Of a stretch of 32,000 nt of DNA, positions 26,401-31,793 are shown piece after piece. A program made the position numbers and the translations under genes. The notes under the pieces are model-generated. The model did not search any database. It was given only the letters and a program-made list of their open reading frames with translations, and had not been told where the DNA came from. This stretch comes from Aggregatilineales bacterium (GTDB lineage: Bacteria > Chloroflexota > Anaerolineae > Aggregatilineales > Phototrophicaceae). Position 1 is the first letter of the stretch. Every line of letters begins with the position of its first letter. The stretch spans positions 56,099-88,098 of the forward strand of contig JAVJSU010000072.1 in assembly GCA_040219275.1 (NCBI GenBank). The letters are read 5' to 3'.

Positions 26401-27648
26401 GACTGGGTTTCACACGTCCGAAATCAGACCATAGTTCGTCTTGAACCAGGTATTGTCGGCGTACAGCGTAAAGTTTCTGATGAAATTACCGGCATTGAAC
26501 CCAACAAGATACATGTTGTTCCAATCCGACCTGATAAAGAAGGGCAGGGTGTGGTTGGTTTATGCCTCAATTGTTATGCTTTGCACCGTGCAAGTTACAA
26601 CGGTACATGTAGTACATGCGGCAATACTGAGATTACGAAGGTTCGCTTACGCTCTGAAGCAATTGTTCGGAGACAGGCTCTTTTCAAAAATGCGCTTCAA
26701 ATCTCGGATACTTTCTGGTATTGCCATGATCTTACAGGACATGTTCAGATTGATGGTGCTAATGTCCGTTATATTCGACAATGGTTTGATGGAGAGCAGT
26801 TCAAGAGTGTTGGAGGAGATCCTCAAGAATTTACGGCACTATATTATCGTAATGGTGAGGTTCCCTATCCCATTGTCTACGATCTTGTTACGCATGGCAT
26901 TGCTTGGGATTTGAGCAATGTTATTAGCCATATTTTGGGTGATGAGCAACTTCGAGAGACGATTTCACATTATCCGGATAAGAACTTTGATGCTGAGTTA
27001 ATCTTGCATACCGCATCTCATATGCTTCACAAAGCAATTGCCTCAATCAGTGGTGTGAACGACATTACACTTGAGTATGCTATTCAACGCAGTGGTATTG
27101 ATGGACGCGAGCGTGCGATGGTGGTGGTGTGGGAGCGCTACGAAGGTGGTGTAGGTATTTCCGAGATTATTCGAGACACACTGCAAGAAGATCCAATCTT
27201 ATTCTATCGAGAGCTACTCGCATCAGCACTTTGCCCAGTCTTTTATGCTGAGGACACTCAGTGGCCGGGCACCGATGAAAGTCTAAGACGGATTCTTTCA
27301 GAAAGATGGGCACTCGATGGCGAAGATATTCTAATCGATGGGATTATCCGCGAAGTAAAAGCCGAACGTGGTGCAATAGTAGCGCGGCAAGCGGAAGCAT
27401 CTCAAGCATGTAGTGAAGATGATGGTTGCCCTGCCTGTGTCCATGTTACAGTTTGCACTGAGCATATTGAACAGCCCCATAAGGTCAGCCGTTTTGTCGC
27501 AGAAGCCATTATGGATTATTTCCGCCTAACTGTGGATAACACTCGACTCGAGGCGATGAATCGGTATCGTAGAGAGACTCACGGAAGTGAAGCATTCCAA
27601 CTAAGACATAACCTTGAAGAGGATGTGTACGACATTGTGCGCTTTTAG
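23482..27648 (+). CDS. Large SF2 DEAD/DEAH-type helicase with a C-terminal DUF1998 (MrfA-type Zn-binding) domain; DrmA+DrmB-like
   Basis: Motif I is VVAPTGSGKTE, motif II is LLDEVHLFHS, motif III is ASATVS and motif VI is LQRRGRAGRS. Zn-ribbon inserts are CPICEDN...CDNLSCG and CLNCYAL...CSTCGN. The C-terminus is HTASHMLHKAI...VVVWERYEGGVGISE...CSEDDGCPACVHVTVC. GAGGAA RBS. Confidence 0.85.
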   Translation: MWANLHHILSQMFHELNDGQPLESPQKLWQRYQHEIRAILDNPDVDDEAVMAVKRHLVEIGPDIWIPQSYEAVRVLQQLKQRFSADAEDPNPLVAQLRVEALIRRRPVRDILRSSLEEGKISRILADIGQKHKYSRFQVDGWRRILEAIGVLKHDNAPESVVVVAPTGSGKTEVFLLPVIYHIASKLNSNDVPRYIMIYPRVELLKDQVSRNLKYAYRAEQQFTDGQQSTFNGHRQAKHPFVVGIQFGGVRSTYQGTFKERSLFDEQKYFLLVPTCPICEDNMREGNEQCGRLKAGRANGRVIPLECDNLSCGAVFHVTIGKNDHAEARIKPHILVTTMESLDRLYLNPKLESYIRNIQGILLDEVHLFHSLYGAHIYNLIRRIEAFQEHGQPLSKIAASATVSNPGRFISRLFYGVDEDSRVEVLDAEHSHYDLEDAGLETVVFLQTTETESFSRTQSTLLQTIMAVGHSVLGADERAIVFTESIDHANRTYRQLLDEENEKRLWQFRMAVNDIKYNDATCPATSPLECDHIYAKGECWRAIRGGVQCHTNLIEPFIINRPLNVDVITSQDRGNYWDPDVIVATPVLEVGVDDERFKATIHYRPPQSVFSFLQRRGRAGRSAGDTAYSILVLGRTPSDEFYFRRRNRLMDPGNFELPLNPRNVIIQSMHDQLEIERETIGTYVNQMGNLSKAIFRWMIEKYLRCQTLSRVFGEKLTELQNSVLRQDSDHQTLQQDFTQWIRDQHDRFKRHLDLDLLLDELTSRVPVDQRGNVTRFSEMIYAYRNKEGVDIEEIKQLGKQIAMALESIIFDTEEELEQEKYKLLQNLIRKITKDHQSIEQLDIEADQRLISALYDYFNLLKARIVDERYPGTLNRAEDMVKIVLQSLFYIGNACLSRHSHCESCTRYFVPDAYFQEVKPIIVETWTNRGKNLQAEIHVEDTTKLANMLLPYKTFYRYFSDQDAMAVLRTTTSADWVSHVRNQTIVRLEPGIVGVQRKVSDEITGIEPNKIHVVPIRPDKEGQGVVGLCLNCYALHRASYNGTCSTCGNTEITKVRLRSEAIVRRQALFKNALQISDTFWYCHDLTGHVQIDGANVRYIRQWFDGEQFKSVGGDPQEFTALYYRNGEVPYPIVYDLVTHGIAWDLSNVISHILGDEQLRETISHYPDKNFDAELILHTASHMLHKAIASISGVNDITLEYAIQRSGIDGRERAMVVVWERYEGGVGISEIIRDTLQEDPILFYRELLASALCPVFYAEDTQWPGTDESLRRILSERWALDGEDILIDGIIREVKAERGAIVARQAEASQACSEDDGCPACVHVTVCTEHIEQPHKVSRFVAEAIMDYFRLTVDNTRLEAMNRYRRETHGSEAFQLRHNLEEDVYDIVRF

Positions 27649-28105
27649 AGCTTTGCCGCGGATAATTGCAGAAATGCTTCTGGCAGCACCCAAATCCTCA
27701 GAGATATGTATTGTCAGTCCATGGATTCGTGAAGTTTTGCTGAAGCCTCCGATTATCGTGGGCACAGAAGGTGTGCTAGCTCAACACAAAACACCACTCA
27801 GCGAATTCCTTCATTTGCTTGTGTCTCGTAGGCACGTGCATTTGCACATATTTGTTCGAGAGTTTGACCGCGACATACGCACTATTACTCATGAAGTAAG
27901 GTTAGTGTTCCCTAATTCTATTCATATTCACGAAGAGCCACACCTACATGCCAAAGTGATTGCTACATCAAATAGCATTCTACAGATGTCAGCCAATCTA
28001 ATACCCACTAGCCTCTATCGTAACATCGAAACCTGTGCTATATCGACAAATAGGTACGGCTCTGCACGAACTTACACACATAACGAGCTGAAATTGGTTT
28101 TCTGA
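27614..28105 (+). CDS. PLD-family (HxK) nuclease-like protein; DrmC/DpdK-like
   Basis: A single HKD-like motif, HLHAKVIATSNSILQMSANL (27947-27997), with Ser in place of the canonical Asp. An N-terminal ICIVSPWI strand is typical of Nuc-like PLD folds. The start is uncertain: TTG 27614, ATG 27623 or ATG 27674. The first two overlap the helicase 3' end. Confidence 0.7.
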   Translation: MKRMCTTLCAFRALPRIIAEMLLAAPKSSEICIVSPWIREVLLKPPIIVGTEGVLAQHKTPLSEFLHLLVSRRHVHLHIFVREFDRDIRTITHEVRLVFPNSIHIHEEPHLHAKVIATSNSILQMSANLIPTSLYRNIETCAISTNRYGSARTYTHNELKLVF

Positions 28106-28109
28106 TATT

Positions 28110-28529
28110 ATGCCAAAGATTTACATCGCAGGTCCATTGTTTAATAGCCACGAGCGACGCTATCTTGAAGAAATAGCTGAAACGTTTGAGACATCTGGCT
28201 ATCCAACTTTTTTGCCGCACAGAGATGCTGGACTGGTTGATCGTTTGGATGAGACTACGCGCCGAACTATATTCCTTGCCGATCTAAAAGCATTAGACGA
28301 ATGCGATATATGTATTGCACTGCTCACTGGTGCAGACCACGACTCGGGTACTTCGGTGGAATTGGGATATATGTATGCGAAGGGTAAACCCTGTTTTGGC
28401 ATCACTGATGATATGAGGTGGATGAATAACATGATTTGGGGAGTATGCGGTTACGGACGGAATATTGCCTCCACCATTGGTGAGTGTATTAAACTCGTCA
28501 ATCAATTCGTTAATCAGGGACTTGTATAG
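28110..28529 (+). CDS. Nucleoside 2-deoxyribosyltransferase family protein
   Basis: MPKIYIAGPLFN...FLPHRD...GADHDSGTSVELGYMYAKGKPCFGI. The conserved DxGTxxExGy block containing the catalytic Glu is intact. The start lies 4 nt after the PLD gene stop. Confidence 0.8.
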   Translation: MPKIYIAGPLFNSHERRYLEEIAETFETSGYPTFLPHRDAGLVDRLDETTRRTIFLADLKALDECDICIALLTGADHDSGTSVELGYMYAKGKPCFGITDDMRWMNNMIWGVCGYGRNIASTIGECIKLVNQFVNQGLV

Positions 28530-29193
28530 GACTAAAGGGCATTGTAGAAGCGTCAGCATCAATTCCCTCTTGCCTTCTGAAAAAGCTCACCGTTGCATAG
28601 GTTAGTGGTGTTGCCATTGCTTCGTAAGCAGTCTTGAACAGCCACTGGGTGATAATGGCTGTTGCCAACTCATTGGTTGCGATCGTTCCACCAAATGCCA
28701 CGACGATGAATATCAGTGAATCCAGTCCCTGTCCGACAAAAGTCGATCCAATCGTTCTCGTCCATAACCACTTGCCCTTTGTTAGAGCCTTCATTCTCGT
28801 CAAGACATAGGCGTTCGTAAATTCGCCAATCAGATACGCGATGAAGGATGCCACCAGCAAACGAGGCGTGTATCCTAGAATTCGCTCATACGCCTCTTGT
28901 CCATCCCAGAAACCAGCAGGTGGAAGGAGTTGCCCGGCAATGAGACCGACTACGGCCAATAAGTTGCAAAAGAAGCCTAGCCAGATAACTCGTCGCGCAT
29001 TCTCGTATCCGTACACTTCAGTTAGAATATCGCCAACGATATAGCTAATGGGGAAAATTACTATTCCTGCTGGCATGATTAGGCCGAAAACATCTACTAG
29101 TTTTACGGCTGCGATGTTGGCAGTGATCAATGAGGTGATAAATACACCAACAATAGCTACAAACCAAATTGAATATCCGTTTCTTGTATCCAT
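28510..29193 (-). CDS. yhhQ: YhhQ/DUF165 (VUT) family queuosine-precursor (preQ0/preQ1) transporter
   Basis: 227 aa and polytopic. The N-terminal region SLITANIAAVKLV...PAGIVIFPISYIVGDILTEVYGYENARRVIWLGF matches the typical YhhQ-family signature. Confidence 0.8.
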   Translation of the reverse strand: MDTRNGYSIWFVAIVGVFITSLITANIAAVKLVDVFGLIMPAGIVIFPISYIVGDILTEVYGYENARRVIWLGFFCNLLAVVGLIAGQLLPPAGFWDGQEAYERILGYTPRLLVASFIAYLIGEFTNAYVLTRMKALTKGKWLWTRTIGSTFVGQGLDSLIFIVVAFGGTIATNELATAIITQWLFKTAYEAMATPLTYATVSFFRRQEGIDADASTMPFSPIQVPD

Positions 29194-29210
29194 ATGTTCT
29201 GCTTCCTAGG

Positions 29211-29870
29211 TTATCGATAAGGTATCGGGTCACTTATGCCGAGGGTTTCAAATGCCTTTACCCGTTCAACACACGTTGGGCAAATTCCACATGCCACCTC
29301 TTCACCTGCATAGCATGACCACGTTTTGCTGTAATCTACACCGAGTTCAAGCCCGATACGCAGGATATCTGCCTTCGAGAAGTTGAGAAAAGGTGCCACA
29401 ATATTAATATGACTTGGTGACAACTTATATAGGGCGTTGACGTGATTGACAAATTCCGGAGTTGTATCCCAATATCCGTAGATGTCATGTTTCTGAGCAC
29501 CATAGTATACCTCGTTTACACCTAACGTTTCAGCCCAGGCAATTGCCAATGCGAGAAAAATCATGTTTCTATTTGGTACATAAGTTGTTGGTTGTTCTTC
29601 TGGCAGGACGTTTGTTGCATTAGGAATATCAATCTGTTCGTTGATCAACGATGACATCGACCACAAAGCAGATAGTGATGATATATCAACGACTTTATGT
29701 AGCAGATTGAATACTGAAACATGTTTAGTTGCAAAGCTAACTTCTTTCTTGTGTCGCTGTCCATATTGAAAAGTGATTGCTGCCGGGTTGCGTTTTTGAT
29801 TTAACAGATAATACAGTAGCGTTGTACTATCAAAACCGCCGCTGAAAATTACAATACAATCGATTTGCAA
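29211..29870 (-). CDS. queC: 7-cyano-7-deazaguanine (preQ0) synthase QueC
   Basis: The PP-loop is VIFSGGFDSTT, followed by YVPNRNMIFL. The C-terminal zinc cluster is SCY...CGICPTCVERVKAF. TTG start. Confidence 0.9.
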   Translation of the reverse strand: MQIDCIVIFSGGFDSTTLLYYLLNQKRNPAAITFQYGQRHKKEVSFATKHVSVFNLLHKVVDISSLSALWSMSSLINEQIDIPNATNVLPEEQPTTYVPNRNMIFLALAIAWAETLGVNEVYYGAQKHDIYGYWDTTPEFVNHVNALYKLSPSHINIVAPFLNFSKADILRIGLELGVDYSKTWSCYAGEEVACGICPTCVERVKAFETLGISDPIPYR

Positions 29871-29891
29871 TGACTTATCCTTATCTCATAT

Positions 29892-30926
29892 TTAGAGATT
29901 TATCAGTTTCTCTATGATTTCTTGCGGATTATATACGCTTACAGGTGCACGGGTCGAGCCATCTAGGATGCCGATATAATCCTGGGTTGTCTTGACATCA
30001 ACATGTCCCAGATTTTGTCGAATGACCTCGGTTGGGATGCCGGCTAGAAATAGATTCCGTGCGTAGCTCCGACGCAGATCATGCGGTGTGACGTTGGTTG
30101 GAACACCGTTAATCGCGATGGGATAGCGTTTCAACATGCGCTGTACACTGCGGGTCGTCATCTTTTTGTAAGTCGCCACCTGTTTTAGCATATCACCGCG
30201 ACCATCGGACATTTTTGTGAACACAAAACCTGACTCAAGTCCAGCCAGCCAGATTTCTGTGATCTGTCGTGCCCAGAGCATATCGCCGAAAGGCACCATT
30301 CTTGCTTTTGACCCTTTGCCTGACTTTACCCGTACAGCAGGAACACTACCATAAGTCTGATAAAGATCATCGACTTGGAGTTTGACGATTTCACCCTCGC
30401 GTAAGCCGGTTGCCAGCATCAGCGCAATAATTGCCACATCACGCCGCCCACGCAGTGTCGAGACATCGGGTTGCATCATCAGCGCCGCGCCCTGTGCCGG
30501 AGTAAGACGAATGTGTTTGCTGTCTTCTTCATCCTGAACAGTCTGCGTCGTTACTTGTGAGCGTTCAGGGTCAATCGCCCGTATTAACCGCAACTCAAGT
30601 TCATCAGCTTTGGCTTTGATGGTCGCAAAATCCTCGTTGAGAAATTGCTGTTCCAGATAGGCAACTAAAGCCACCCGATGGTCCAGACTTTCAACCAACA
30701 GCTTGTAACTGCGGCGGATGCTGGATAGATGGGCACGCACACTCGATGGCGCGAGCGTGGCCAGCAGATGGTCGCGGTAAGTGCTCAAATCTGGCAGATA
30801 CATTGCATGTCCTGTTTCGGCCAGCCAGTTATTATATCGTGCTACATGCGACACGATATTTTTGTTATCAGAATGTGGTGGTAAACCACCACCTAAAGCT
30901 CGTTGAGTGAGGTCATTTTTAACCAT
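29892..30926 (-). CDS. Tyrosine recombinase/integrase
   Basis: The catalytic-domain pattern is present: ATGLREGEI (R), TPHDLRRSYA (HxxR) and LGHVDVKTTQDYI (H...Y). An N-terminal SAM-like core-binding region is also present. I prefer the ATG at 30924-30926 over the TTG at 30944. Confidence 0.85.
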   Translation of the reverse strand: MVKNDLTQRALGGGLPPHSDNKNIVSHVARYNNWLAETGHAMYLPDLSTYRDHLLATLAPSSVRAHLSSIRRSYKLLVESLDHRVALVAYLEQQFLNEDFATIKAKADELELRLIRAIDPERSQVTTQTVQDEEDSKHIRLTPAQGAALMMQPDVSTLRGRRDVAIIALMLATGLREGEIVKLQVDDLYQTYGSVPAVRVKSGKGSKARMVPFGDMLWARQITEIWLAGLESGFVFTKMSDGRGDMLKQVATYKKMTTRSVQRMLKRYPIAINGVPTNVTPHDLRRSYARNLFLAGIPTEVIRQNLGHVDVKTTQDYIGILDGSTRAPVSVYNPQEIIEKLINL

Positions 30927-30942
30927 GAGTAGAGTATACCAC

Positions 30943-30976
30943 AAAGTGTCGCATTATTCCTATTATACGACACTTT
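30943..30976. promoter_or_regulatory. 9-bp perfect inverted repeat bracketing a TATAAT box upstream of int (operator candidate)
   Basis: On the minus strand, AAAGTGTCG-TATAATAGGAATAATG-CGACACTTT ends 17 nt upstream of the int ATG. Confidence 0.4.
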
Positions 30977-31166
30977 AAGAGGCAGTTTTAGACCCTGTTT
31001 TCTGGCTTTCAAGAGTACGATTTGAGAAGGGTGAAAATTGAGAAAGGCATCGTTTTGTGCGCGTGCTGGTCAGCGGGTCGCCATCTGATTCCCGAACGGT
31101 TGGCCCTGGCTAATCCGTTTTCTTCCCCTTTCGCTTTACGTCTTCTGGCTTCACATCCTCTGCTCA

Positions 31167-31393
31167 ATCCGACCTCTGGCATTTTGTGCCGACTTCCAAC
31201 ACATCAGACCACGCCAGCCCATCCTGTCAAAGCAAAGCTTCGAGGGGATTTTCTTCCTGGCTTGTGCCGCTTACGCTCACCAGAAAATCCCCTCGCCCTA
31301 CGGGTGACAGGACGTGCGCCCAGACGTGGTTACCCTGATGTGTAAGTCGGCACTTTAACAAATGCAGAGCTGGATATATCCGATCAGACGGAT
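31167..31393. other. About 227-nt nested imperfect inverted repeat (long irregular hairpin); candidate structured RNA or ssDNA hairpin
   Basis: Hand-paired Watson-Crick blocks are: 31241-31254/31282-31295 (14 bp perfect), 31223-31229/31305-31311 (7 bp), 31208-31213/31325-31330 (6 bp), 31199-31207/31335-31343 (9 bp), 31186-31195/31344-31353 (10 bp), 31174-31184/31360-31369 (10 bp with one bulge) and 31167-31171/31389-31393 (5 bp). Confidence 0.45.
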
Positions 31394-31715
31394 GAACCGT
31401 TAACCAGGCCGTGTTAGCTCGAAAGGGCGCACTGTAAGTTTTCCCGGAGCCACTGTGCCCCGACGGTCTCCTAGAGATGATCGCTCTGATCTGCACTGCC
31501 ATCCCCGCCCCCAATAATCCGATTGGGTGGTGCTAGCCGTCGTGGATGCTGATGGAAAGTGACTCCATCAGACTGGAAAAGCCAACGTCTCGAGGTATTC
31601 GCTCATGCGAATCCGGGGCGCATCCAGGCGCGTGAAACACGAATCGGTGTATGTCACAGATACACGGGTTCAGCACACATCGGGCGGTATGCAATACAAC
31701 TTTTCTGACCATTCT

Positions 31716-31754
31716 CGCACTTCATGATCTACGGATTGTGAGGTGCGTTTTTTT
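31716..31754 (+). terminator. Strong plus-strand intrinsic terminator upstream of rnhA
   Basis: A 14-bp stem (31716-31729 / 31734-31747) closes a UACG tetraloop and is followed by T7 (31748-31754). Three pairs are G.U on the plus-strand RNA and would be C.A mismatches on the minus strand, which fixes the orientation. Confidence 0.7.
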
Positions 31755-31793
31755 ACCTTCGAACATTACGAAAATAATTACGCGAGGTGTGAT

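Larger units (their letters stand above)
1..30976. mobile_element. Integrative conjugative element (right-hand portion; left end outside the window; right boundary approximate)
   Basis: A T4SS module, an element-type topoisomerase, a ParM partition system, primase/DUF3987 replication genes, Xis-like HTH proteins and a terminal tyrosine integrase co-occur. The housekeeping gene rnhA lies beyond. No att repeat could be defined from one end only. Confidence 0.6.

Noticed and set aside
31314-31350. A sequence resembling a group II intron 5' end: GTGCGCCCAGA, with TAAGTC about 30 nt downstream, as in Ll.LtrB-type introns.
   Set aside because: No reverse-transcriptase/maturase ORF follows; rnhA starts 480 nt later. 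I could not find a domain V-like 34-nt hairpin with an AGC triad. The GTGCGCCCAGA string is fully explained as one side of the central bubble of the 227-nt palindrome. At most it is a decayed fragment.
31440-31500. Riboswitch-like strings: GCCACTG (reminiscent of the B12 box) and CTGATCTGCACTGCCA (reminiscent of the TPP riboswitch 3' half).
   Set aside because: The partner elements (the CCCCGC context and order for cobalamin; the CTGAGA/P2-P3 elements for TPP) are missing or in the wrong order. The downstream gene, rnhA, has no link to these ligands.
31022-31514. Track ORFs of 107 aa (plus strand, 31022-31345) and 95 aa (minus strand, 31227-31514).
   Set aside because: They are Pro/Arg/Leu/His-rich with low complexity, overlap each other on opposite strands, lack an RBS, and run straight through the nested palindrome. 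They are better explained as non-coding structured sequence.
30945-31760. A tRNA, tmRNA or RNase P RNA gene as the integration target next to the integrase.
   Set aside because: - No GTTCRANYC T-loop with a matching acceptor stem was found on either strand.
- There is no tmRNA-like 5' GGGG...3' CCACCA.
- There are no RNase P conserved blocks (GAGGAAAGTCC, ACAGAAnnCGGCTTA).

An Infernal or tRNAscan run would be needed to be certain.
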